A stretch of 30,658 nucleotides of DNA from Patescibacteria group bacterium (GCA_028713575.1 JAQTOB010000008.1:1-30658), one strand, 5' to 3'. Shown: positions 16,945 to 24,229, counted from the stretch's first letter. The notes: generated by a model not told the origin, from the letters alone. Program-made: numbers and translations.

Positions 16945-17415
16945 TTATAATGTTATTTCCGCGACCAGATATTCACCTTCCCTGTGAAATTCAATGGTTT
17001 CGGCGTTGGTTTCGTCGCCATCGTAAACGACTTTACCGAGACGAAAATAACTATATATCTCGGTTTTTTCGTTTTCACTGTTATCCAGATAAATTTTTAT
17101 CTGGATTTTGTCTCCTGACTCAAAAAACGCTTTTTCGGAGACAAAATTTCTTCCCCCAACTGGGCGGTCAAATATACTGTAATAATTTGACCATGTTTCC
17201 AGCCGGGCAATATTCACCCAGCAGGACTCCCAATTTTTATTGTAGACTTCTATTTTCTGTTCTTTATACAGAAAACAGATTTCTACATTCTGAACGCGCA
17301 AGGCCAGTTCGCCGTTCGCGTTCGGGGAAAGAACTTCCCATTTGGCACAGCTACCAAGCAGAAAAAAGCATATTATTTGGAGGCTTACTAGTCTCCAAAA
17401 ATTCATCTTTTTCAT
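16945..17415 (-). CDS. Hypothetical lipoprotein
   Basis: Signal peptide with lipobox (MKKMNFWRLVSLQIICFFLLGS-C) and a GGAGG Shine-Dalgarno 8 nt upstream of the ATG. The overlapping plus-strand ORF 16914-17441 has neither feature. Confidence 0.6.
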   Translation of the reverse strand: MKKMNFWRLVSLQIICFFLLGSCAKWEVLSPNANGELALRVQNVEICFLYKEQKIEVYNKNWESCWVNIARLETWSNYYSIFDRPVGGRNFVSEKAFFESGDKIQIKIYLDNSENEKTEIYSYFRLGKVVYDGDETNAETIEFHREGEYLVAEITL

Positions 17416-17448
17416 TTCAATTTCCTCCTATATTTTTTTAAAATGAAA

Positions 17449-17580
17449 TTTCTCTCCATTGTCCTGCCTACCAGCCTGAGGTCTACGCTTGACAAGCAAG
17501 ATCAACCTCAAATTGCGGCTACTTCCCGGGTAGGAGGGATGTCCGGTTTTGCCACTGATAAACAGGACAATGGAGAGAAA
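17449..17580. other. 132-nt highly structured element (candidate ncRNA, leader, large terminator or MITE)
   Basis: 18-bp perfect inverted termini (17449-17466 TTTCTCTCCATTGTCCTG / 17563-17580 CAGGACAATGGAGAGAAA). Further pairings are CCTACC/GGTAGG, AGCC/GGCT and TGAGGT/ACCTCA. The interior is GC-rich within AT-rich flanks. Confidence 0.4.
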
Positions 17581-17748
17581 AATAAGAAATACTGTGGCAT
17601 TTCTTGAAATTCCGTCGCTCGCCCGTCATGAAAATAAATTTTCCTGCGGGCTCGCTAGGAAATATAAAAAGAACTATTATTTTCTATTTATAATTTTATC
17701 AAATTTTTTCGTTTTTGTCAATAGTTTGTAAAAACAAATCTTTAATCT

Positions 17749-18888
17749 TTATCTCTTTTTAACTTTTTCTTCTATGGTCGTTTGTTTTGAAATGTTAGCT
17801 AAAATGCCAAAGGCGGCGCAAAAAATCACAAAATTCGTTCCGCCATAACCAATTAAAGGCAAAGGAATGCCGGTTAAAGGCAAAATTCCCAGCATAGCGC
17901 CCATATTAACCATGGCTTGAAAAATAAACAAAAATCCCAAGCCAGCGGACAAAAGCCGAGCAAACATATCTTTGTTTAAAAGGGCCAAACGAAAAATGCG
18001 ATAAGTTAAAAATAAATAAAGGACAACTACGGCCGCGGTTAAAATAAAACCCAATTCTTCCGCCAGCACGGCAAAAATGGAATCACTAACCACTTCGGGC
18101 AAATAATATATTTTTCGCGCCGAATATCCCAGCCCGCGACCAAACCACCCCCCAGAACTAACCGCCATAATCGCTTGATTAACATGATAACCAATGCCCC
18201 AAGGGTCGGATTCCGGGTGTAAAAAAGTAATCATCCTATTCAAGCGATAGGGCGCCATTTTAATCATCGCCGTAATCGCAACCAAAAAACTAAAAAACAA
18301 AATTCCCAGTTGATAAAAAGAAATTCCAGCAATAAAATACATTGCCACGGAAATAACAACAAAAACTATCAAAGTTCCCAAATCCGGCTGACTGATAATC
18401 AAGCCGGAGATAATTACCAGAAAAAAAAGAAAAGGCCAAAAAACCTCTTTGAAACTTTTAATATTAGCCTGATGTTTGGTGAGCCAGGCGGATAAATAAA
18501 TGATGAAGGCAAGCTTGGCCAGTTCTGCGGGCTGAAAAAGAAATCCCAGATTAATCCAACGACGCGCTTCACCCTTGGCAAAACCAAGACCGGGAATAAA
18601 AACGCTAACCAAAAGAATAATTGTTAAGGGCAAACAAAATAACGCGACTTTTTTCAATTTTTTGTAATCAAAAAAATAGAAAAGAAAAAAGAAAAATAGA
18701 CCGGGTAAAATACCGCGCAATAATTGATGTTTTAAATAAAAATAACAATCGCCTTGTTCTTGACAGGCCATAAAATAGCTAGCGGACGAAAGAATAATTA
18801 ATCCCAAAACAATCAAGGCAACAAAATTAATAAGCAAAATATAGTCCGGCTGATTTTGTTTTTCCGAATGGGAGTGGATGATTTTCAT
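17749..18888 (-). CDS. ftsW: SEDS-family peptidoglycan glycosyltransferase (FtsW/RodA)
   Basis: 10-TM profile, QPAELAKLAFIIYLSAWL, LPEVVSDSIFAVLAEELGF and GIPLPLIGYGGT. I cannot discriminate FtsW from RodA. Confidence 0.88.
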   Translation of the reverse strand: MKIIHSHSEKQNQPDYILLINFVALIVLGLIILSSASYFMACQEQGDCYFYLKHQLLRGILPGLFFFFLFYFFDYKKLKKVALFCLPLTIILLVSVFIPGLGFAKGEARRWINLGFLFQPAELAKLAFIIYLSAWLTKHQANIKSFKEVFWPFLFFLVIISGLIISQPDLGTLIVFVVISVAMYFIAGISFYQLGILFFSFLVAITAMIKMAPYRLNRMITFLHPESDPWGIGYHVNQAIMAVSSGGWFGRGLGYSARKIYYLPEVVSDSIFAVLAEELGFILTAAVVVLYLFLTYRIFRLALLNKDMFARLLSAGLGFLFIFQAMVNMGAMLGILPLTGIPLPLIGYGGTNFVIFCAAFGILANISKQTTIEEKVKKR

Positions 18889-18978
18889 AGCGCTTCGCTT
18901 TTACTACAAATTGCGAAAAATTTACAAAACTACGAAAAATTTTTTAGTACTTTCGTATAATTTCGTATTTCGTAATAA

Positions 18979-19365
18979 CTAAAAATGGATTACCAATAAA
19001 ACGGAGAATAAAAAAATTACCTGAACCAATAAAAGACCAAAGGCCAAAAGATTGACTATTTTTTTCTGACGACGAAGATAAAAATAAAAAATCAAAAATA
19101 AATTAACCAATAAAATTCCCAACCCCAAAAGAGGATAAATCAATAATTTTGGCCAAAAACCAATAATTTCGCCAATTAAGATATTACGATGCAAAATAAT
19201 TTCTCGGCCGAGGATAATAGATTTATTCGCGCCTAAAAAATTTATCAAAATATAAACCCAAACCATCAAATTCAAAAAAATACTCTCTCCAACTAAAAAT
19301 AACATTTCTTTATCTTGCCAAAATTTTTTTTTCTGAATTTGTTGAAATGTTTGTTCCAATGACAT
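18979..19365 (-). CDS. Hypothetical small membrane protein (4 TM)
   Basis: ORF track with a hydrophobic profile. No motif recognised. Confidence 0.5.
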   Translation of the reverse strand: MSLEQTFQQIQKKKFWQDKEMLFLVGESIFLNLMVWVYILINFLGANKSIILGREIILHRNILIGEIIGFWPKLLIYPLLGLGILLVNLFLIFYFYLRRQKKIVNLLAFGLLLVQVIFLFSVLLVIHF

Positions 19366-19447
19366 AAAAACGTTAAAATATTAGAATTTTAGAACATAAA
19401 AATGTAATCCGCCCCTACGGTGGACTCGCCGATGAGGTGAAAAACGA

Positions 19448-19476
19448 TTGACAAATTTGATTTAATACTATAATAT
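19448..19476 (+). promoter_or_regulatory. Candidate sigma70-type promoter upstream of rpmA
   Basis: TTGACA (19448-19453), then TATAAT after 15 nt or TAATAT after 17 nt, about 100 nt upstream of the rpmA ATG. Confidence 0.4.
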
Positions 19477-19574
19477 AATTATTACAAAATTTAAAATTAA
19501 ATAATAGAATTAATTATAAAGTAGCATCTAAATTTTTTATTTTGGAATTTTCATTTTATATCTAACGAACAATT

Positions 19575-19856
19575 ATGGCACATAAAAAACAAGGCGGGTC
19601 AACTTCTTTGGGTCGTGATTCGCAAGCAAAAAGATTAGGTCTTAAAGTTGGTAGCGGGCAAAAGGTTTGGCCGGGAATAATCATTCTTCGGCAACGAGGG
19701 ACTAAAATTCATCCCGGAATCGGCGTTCGGCGAGGGAAGGACGATACTCTTTACGCTGTAACCGAGGGACAGATTTCATTTACAACAAAAAAGGTGAAAA
19801 AATTTGACGGTCATTTGGTGAAAAGAAAATTCGTCAACGTAATTTTAAAAAAATAA
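19575..19856 (+). CDS. rpmA: 50S ribosomal protein L27
   Basis: [25 protein letters not shown]...[24 protein letters not shown]. Confidence 0.95.
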   Translation: MAHKKQGGSTSLGRDSQAKRLGLKVGSGQKVWPGIIILRQRGTKIHPGIGVRRGKDDTLYAVTEGQISFTTKKVKKFDGHLVKRKFVNVILKK

Positions 19857-19893
19857 ATTTATAAAAAAGAAATTTCAAAGCTTAAACTTTGAA

Positions 19894-19924
19894 AAAAGTT
19901 TGGAAGCAAAGCTTCCAAACTTTT
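19894..19924. terminator. Bidirectional intrinsic terminator shared by rpmA and the convergent ctpA
   Basis: AAAAGTTTGGAAGC-AAA-GCTTCCAAACTTTT. It abuts the ctpA stop codon at 19925-19927. Confidence 0.75.
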
Positions 19925-21115
19925 TTAGTTTAATTCCCCGGCTAACATTAACAAGGCTTTACTTAATTGAGAATCTCGGTCATGAAGATAATCGTCATCA
20001 GTCATTTCAATTTCAATGTCCGGAATAATGCCCTCTTCGTTAATTGACCGGCCCAAAGGCGTGTACCAATAAGCCACGGTTAATTTAAGGGCTGAACCAT
20101 CATTTAAACCCTCTAATTCCTGAACTGAACCCTTGCCAAAAGTTTTTTCGCCTAAAATTGTGGCTCGTTTATAATCTTGCAAAGCGCCAGCTAAAATTTC
20201 TGAAGCCGAAGCCGAACCCTGATTAACCAAAACAATGGTAGGAATGTGTTTTAAGTCCCCGTCGTTATTTGCCTGATATTTTTTTTCTTCACCCTGAGCG
20301 TCTTTGGAAACAACAATCACTTCTTCTCCGGTCCAATAACCGGCGATATTAACCGCGGCATCTAAATAACCGCCGGGATTATTACGCAAATCAAGAATCA
20401 AACCCTGAGGATTGGCCTTAATAATAACAATAGCAATGTCTTGAAAATCTGCCCATGTGTCTTCGGAAAAATGAGAAATATTCAAATAAGCGATTTTGTT
20501 TTCTTTAAGCTCCCAGGAAACCGTTTTAATGTTAATAACATCTCTGGTTATTTCTACATCTTCTGTTTTTGTTTCTCCTTCTCGCCAAATAGTTAATTTG
20601 ACCACTGTGCCTTTTGGTCCGCGGATTAAAAGAACCGCCTCATCTAATCCCATATTGCTCGTATCTTGGTCGTCAATGGCAAAAATTTTATCTCCGGACC
20701 TTATCCCGGCCCGAAAGGCCGGAGTATCAGGCAGGGGCGCGATGACAGTCAAATGGCCATCTTTTACTCCCAATTCCATGCCTACGCCTTCAAAGCTGCC
20801 GGCCATATCTTCAATAAATTTTTTTGCTAATTCCGGTTTTAAAAAAACAGAATAAGGGTCATCAATACCCATAACCAATCCTTTTAAGGCGCCATAAAAC
20901 AAGTCCTTGTCTTCTATCGGCTGTTTAACATAATTTTCTTTTAATGTTGACCAAACATGCCAAAATAAATCATTGTCAAAATAGACATCAGCGGAGGTAT
21001 CAGAAGATAACGACTTTGAGGGCCTCTGCTGAAAAGAAGAATCACCAAAAAGAAAGCCAATAATAAAGGCAATGACCAATAAAATAACTACTTTTTTTTG
21101 AGAAACCATGCGCAT
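19925..21115 (-). CDS. ctpA: Carboxy-terminal processing protease (S41A family)
   Basis: N-terminal anchor, PDZ region (GVGMELG...GDKIFAIDD), LDLRNNPGG and the catalytic-Ser region VLVNQGSASASEILAGALQD. Confidence 0.9.
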   Translation of the reverse strand: MRMVSQKKVVILLVIAFIIGFLFGDSSFQQRPSKSLSSDTSADVYFDNDLFWHVWSTLKENYVKQPIEDKDLFYGALKGLVMGIDDPYSVFLKPELAKKFIEDMAGSFEGVGMELGVKDGHLTVIAPLPDTPAFRAGIRSGDKIFAIDDQDTSNMGLDEAVLLIRGPKGTVVKLTIWREGETKTEDVEITRDVINIKTVSWELKENKIAYLNISHFSEDTWADFQDIAIVIIKANPQGLILDLRNNPGGYLDAAVNIAGYWTGEEVIVVSKDAQGEEKKYQANNDGDLKHIPTIVLVNQGSASASEILAGALQDYKRATILGEKTFGKGSVQELEGLNDGSALKLTVAYWYTPLGRSINEEGIIPDIEIEMTDDDYLHDRDSQLSKALLMLAGELN

Positions 21116-21240
21116 AAAAATATAAAGTATAAATCTTAAAATGCCTGTTTAAAATGCTAAATTTCAAATGTCAAAAGATAAACAACAAATAACAAATTCC
21201 AAATAACAAACAAATTATCTGCTCCGCCAAAGGCTAAATA

Positions 21241-21427
21241 AAATCCTTCTACGAGGTCTCGCCTCGTAGGTCAAAATCCTTCTACGAGGTCTCGCCTCGT
21301 AGGTCAAAATCCTTCTACGAGGTCTCGCCTCGTAGGTCAAAATCCTTCTACGAGGTCTCGCCTCGTAGGTCAAAATCCTTCTACGAGGTCTCGCCTCGTA
21401 GGTTGAGGTCTCGTCTCGTACAACGCC
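21241..21427. repeat. 5 x 33-bp tandem array of family A palindromes plus a degenerate sixth unit
   Basis: CTACGAGGTCTCGCCTCGTAG at 21249, 21282, 21315, 21348 and 21381, each followed by the identical 12-nt GTCAAAATCCTT. The loop is in the opposite orientation to the copies at 445-570. Confidence 0.9.
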
Positions 21428-21443
21428 TCTTAAATTTTAAATT

Positions 21444-22520
21444 TTATAACAATCCCTTCTTATATCCTAAATGTTTATAAGTTAGTTCTGTGGCTATCCG
21501 GCCGCGCGCTGTTCGGTTTAAAAAACCGGATTGTATCAAATATGGTTCGTAAATTTCTTCAACCGTATTTAAGTCTTCGCCGACGGAGATAGCTAAAGTT
21601 TTCAAGCCGACTGGTCCGCCAGAAAATTTTTCCACTAAAGCAACAAGAATTCGCCGGTCCATTTGATTAAGTCCCTTCTCATCTATTTCCATCATTTGCA
21701 AAGCTTGAATCGCCTCTTGTTTGCTAATCATATCTTTATCATTAACTTGAGCGAAATCCCTAACTCTTTTCAAAAGCCGGTTGGCTACCCGGGGCGTGAA
21801 ACGCGACCGCAAAGCGATTTCTTTGGCTGCGGCAGAATGAATTTCAATGCCTAAAATTTTAGCTGAGCGTTTAATAATTTCTTCTATTTCCGAAAATTGA
21901 TAAAATTCCAATTGATAAACCGCGCCGAACCGATCGCGCAAAGGCGGAGCAACCAAACTAGGCCGAGTGGTGGCGCCAATCAAAGTAAATTTCGGCAAAT
22001 CCAAACGCAGAATCTTGGCACTTGGCCCCTGACCAACTACCAAGTCCAAAGCATATTCTTCCATCGCCGGGTATAAAACTTCTTCAATTGTTTTATTCAA
22101 ACGATGAATCTCGTCAATAAATAAAATATCGTTGTCTTTTAAAGAAGTGAGAATTGCGGCTAAGTCTCCGACTTTTTCCAAAGCCGGACCAGAAGTCACT
22201 TGAATATCTGTTTCCATTTCTCGGGCGATAATATAAGATAGTGTCGTTTTTCCGAGTCCGTGAGAGCCATGAAAAAGAGCGTGCTCCAAAGATTCTTTTC
22301 TTTGTTTGGCGGCCTGAATAAATATTTTTAAATTCGCTTTTAACTTTTCTTGACCAATAAAATCAGCCAATGTTTTTGGTCGCAAAGTTAAATCCATTTT
22401 TTTGTCTTCGGGAAATTCTTGCTGACTAACAATGTGATTGTTTGTTTTTATGACCATGATTTCGTTTCTGATTACAAAATTATCTTTATAGAGTATACAA
22501 TAATTCTTTATCTTTGACAA
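21444..22520 (-). CDS. ruvB: Holliday junction branch migration helicase RuvB
   Basis: [16 protein letters not shown]...[14 protein letters not shown]...LFIDEIHRL...[16 protein letters not shown]. The start is probably the internal Met at 22457 (MVIKT...) rather than 22520. Confidence 0.93.
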   Translation of the reverse strand: MSKIKNYCILYKDNFVIRNEIMVIKTNNHIVSQQEFPEDKKMDLTLRPKTLADFIGQEKLKANLKIFIQAAKQRKESLEHALFHGSHGLGKTTLSYIIAREMETDIQVTSGPALEKVGDLAAILTSLKDNDILFIDEIHRLNKTIEEVLYPAMEEYALDLVVGQGPSAKILRLDLPKFTLIGATTRPSLVAPPLRDRFGAVYQLEFYQFSEIEEIIKRSAKILGIEIHSAAAKEIALRSRFTPRVANRLLKRVRDFAQVNDKDMISKQEAIQALQMMEIDEKGLNQMDRRILVALVEKFSGGPVGLKTLAISVGEDLNTVEEIYEPYLIQSGFLNRTARGRIATELTYKHLGYKKGLL

Positions 22521-22549
22521 TCTAATTTAAAATGTTAGAATTTACAAAA

Positions 22550-22912
22550 GGGCGCATAGCATAGCTCCCCATAAAATTTTACTTCGTAAAATTAACGGGG
22601 CAAGCAGTGGCAGACCTGCCTACTCTGCCTACCGGCAGACAGGCGGCAGGCAGGGCGCCACTTTTATAGTGATAATTTACAATCTATTTTGTCTTTGGTG
22701 AGCGTAATTCGGGCGTGTAGCTCAACGGCAGACCTGCCTGACGGCAGGCAGGGCGCCACTCTTATAGTGATAATTTACAATCCATTTTGTCTTTGGTGAG
22801 CGTAATTCGGGCGTGTAGCTCAACGGCAGACCTGCCTGACGGCAGGCAGGGCGCCACTCTTATAGTGATAATTTACAATTTAATTATTCTTTCTGGTGGG
22901 TGTAGTTAAAAT
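22550..22912 (+). repeat. Three tandem units derived from a tRNA-Ile 5' half, each interrupted by a GC-rich palindrome
   Basis: Units start at 22550 (diverged, 161 bp), 22711 (98 bp) and 22809. Units 2 and 3 begin with GGGCGTGTAGCTCA, identical to tRNA-Ile positions 1-14. Then comes CGGCAGACCTGCCTGACGGCAGGCAGG, then GCGCCACTCTTATAGTG, which mimics the anticodon arm GCGCTACTCTTATAAAGTAG. Confidence 0.8.
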
Positions 22913-22987
22913 GGGCGTGTAGCTCAGTGGTAGAGCGCTACTCTTATAAAGTAGATGTCGAAGGTCCGATCCCTTCCACGCCCACCA
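22913..22987 (+). tRNA. tRNA-Ile, anticodon UAU
   Basis: Manual cloverleaf: acceptor GGGCGTG/CACGCCC, D arm GCTC-AGTGGTA-GAGC, anticodon arm CTACT-CTTATAA-AGTAG (anticodon TAT), variable loop ATGTC, T arm GAAGG-TCCGATC-CCTTC, A73, and an encoded CCA. Confidence 0.8.
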
Positions 22988-23224
22988 GAAAGAATACTGA
23001 AAAGGTTAATTATCAATATATCGGCAACTACATATAAAAATAATGGGGAGTCGCCGCTATAAGCGGAAGGTTCGGGGGTTCTCAGCCACATTATTTATTT
23101 TTTGAGGTATGGCTGATCCACCGCTGGTGGAAAATCCCTCTGCTGCCGATATTAAAAACATTAAAACACTGGAATATTGGAATATTTTATTTTAAGGACA
23201 AATTGACATAATTATAGAATTTTT

Positions 23225-23476
23225 ATGCTTAATATCATCATCGGCGCTTTAATCATCGTCGCCGGATTTATGGTTATTTGGAAAAACGAATGGATTTTAA
23301 AAAATTTCGGCCGAGTCGGCTGGGCAGAAGAACATCTGGGGTTAGAAGGAGGAAGCCGTCTTTTTTATAAATTTATTGGAATTTGTTTCATGTTTTTAGG
23401 GCTTTTTGTTATAACCGGACTTTGGACTGATATTTTAACCGGTATTTTCAAATTTTTCGGCGGACAAAGACATTGA
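23225..23476 (+). CDS. Hypothetical small membrane protein (2-3 TM)
   Basis: ORF track with a hydrophobic profile. No motif recognised. Confidence 0.5.
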   Translation: MLNIIIGALIIVAGFMVIWKNEWILKNFGRVGWAEEHLGLEGGSRLFYKFIGICFMFLGLFVITGLWTDILTGIFKFFGGQRH

Positions 23477-23504
23477 TTTAAAGGAAAATATCTGCTATGA
23501 TTGA

Positions 23505-23852
23505 TTGATAAAAAAGGGGGTCAAAATGAAAATATTTTCCTGGTTGGGGGCGCCAATAGAATGGTTATTTGACTATGAATTCTATTGGTGGAGAAGGGCG
23601 GAGAGAAAACCCGCTCAATATCAGAAATCCATTGAGTTCAACCGAGATAAAAGAATCTGTGAAATTAAGGGATGGATTCTTGTTTTTCTCGGATTGGGAA
23701 CTGAATTTGGCTATCTCGGATATGGTCTGATGAAAAATTCAGGGTCATATCTTATCCTGATAGCCGTTACAATAGTTTCAATATTTTTGACCGAATTCGG
23801 ACTGATTCATCTTTTTGCTGTCCGAACAAGGCCGAAACCGAAAAACCAATAA
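23505..23852 (+). CDS. Hypothetical small membrane protein
   Basis: ORF track with two C-terminal TM segments. The start could be the Met at 23526 (MKIF...). Confidence 0.5.
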   Translation: MIKKGVKMKIFSWLGAPIEWLFDYEFYWWRRAERKPAQYQKSIEFNRDKRICEIKGWILVFLGLGTEFGYLGYGLMKNSGSYLILIAVTIVSIFLTEFGLIHLFAVRTRPKPKNQ

Positions 23853-23878
23853 AAAGCCGAAATAATAAATCGGCTTTT
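23852..23878 (+). terminator. Intrinsic terminator after the small membrane ORF pair
   Basis: AAAAGCCGA-AATAATAAA-TCGGCTTTT followed by a T-rich run. Confidence 0.65.
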
Positions 23879-23974
23879 ATGTTTTAATAAAATGATGTTT
23901 GGTTTTGAGGCTTAATTATTACATTTGTATTTCAAGGCTGTTTATGATATAATAGTTAAAGACAATAACAATCG

Positions 23975-24201
23975 GGGCCGATAACTCAGTTGGTAAAGCG
24001 CCACATTTGTCCTGATTTTGTTAAAATTCAAAAAATTGAGGATTTTCTATAAATTCAGACGGGCCTATAGTTTAGTGGCAGAACGCTACATTTGCAATGT
24101 AGGAACGGCAGTTCGATTCTGCCTAGGTCCATAATTATATTTCCGCCCGAATTTATCAGAACAATGTGGAGGACTGGGTTCAAGTCCCCATCGGTCCGCC
24201 A
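23975..24201 (+). pseudogene. Interrupted tRNA-Ala(UGC)-like gene (outer copy), split in the anticodon loop by a 152-nt insertion
   Basis: 5' half 23975-24009: GGGCCGA TA ACTC AGTTGGTA AAGC G CCACA TTTG. 3' half 24162-24201: CAA TGTGG AGGA CTGGG TTCAAGT CCCCA TCGGTCC G CCA. It has a G3:T70 pair. The D stem (2 of 4 pairs) and T stem (3 of 5 pairs) are weakened. Confidence 0.55.
24061..24131 (+). tRNA. tRNA-Ala, anticodon UGC (inner copy)
   Basis: Manual cloverleaf: acceptor GGGCCTA/TAGGTCC with G3:T70, D arm GTTT-AGTGGCA-GAAC, anticodon arm CTACA-TTTGCAA-TGTAG, T arm GGCAG-TTCGATT-CTGCC, A73, and no encoded CCA. Confidence 0.85.
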
Positions 24202-24229
24202 GATTGAATTGGCCAATAAAATTTGAAAC

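Noticed and set aside
16914-17441. Plus-strand 175-aa ORF overlapping the lipoprotein gene
   Set aside because: It has no ribosome-binding site, an Arg/Phe-rich composition typical of an antisense frame, and it starts inside the terminator hairpin. The minus-strand ORF has a GGAGG Shine-Dalgarno and a signal peptide with a lipobox.
17449-17580. Calling this element SRP (4.5S) RNA, a c-di-GMP-I riboswitch (GGCAAAAC) or an RNase P fragment (GGGATGTCCGG)
   Set aside because: Only short word matches are present. There is no GNRA-capped helix 8 with the symmetric AGG/AGCA loop, no ACGCAAAGC, and it is far too short for RNase P. I left it as an unclassified structured element.
21241-21427. A possible CRISPR array (periodic 33-bp units with a palindromic 21-mer)
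   Set aside because: The 12-nt segments between the palindromes are identical in every unit, so there are no unique spacers. The period is too short and no cas genes are present. It is a plain tandem repeat.
23203-23220. TTGACA ... TAGAAT as a promoter for the ORF at 23225
   Set aside because: The two hexamers are only 6 nt apart, which is incompatible with sigma70 spacing.
24010-24161. A group I intron or an archaeal-type BHB intron in the outer tRNA-Ala
   Set aside because: At 152 nt, 71 of which are a tRNA, it cannot hold a group I core (P3-P9). The interruption falls between anticodon positions 35 and 36 rather than the canonical 37/38, and no 3-4-3 bulge-helix-bulge is evident.
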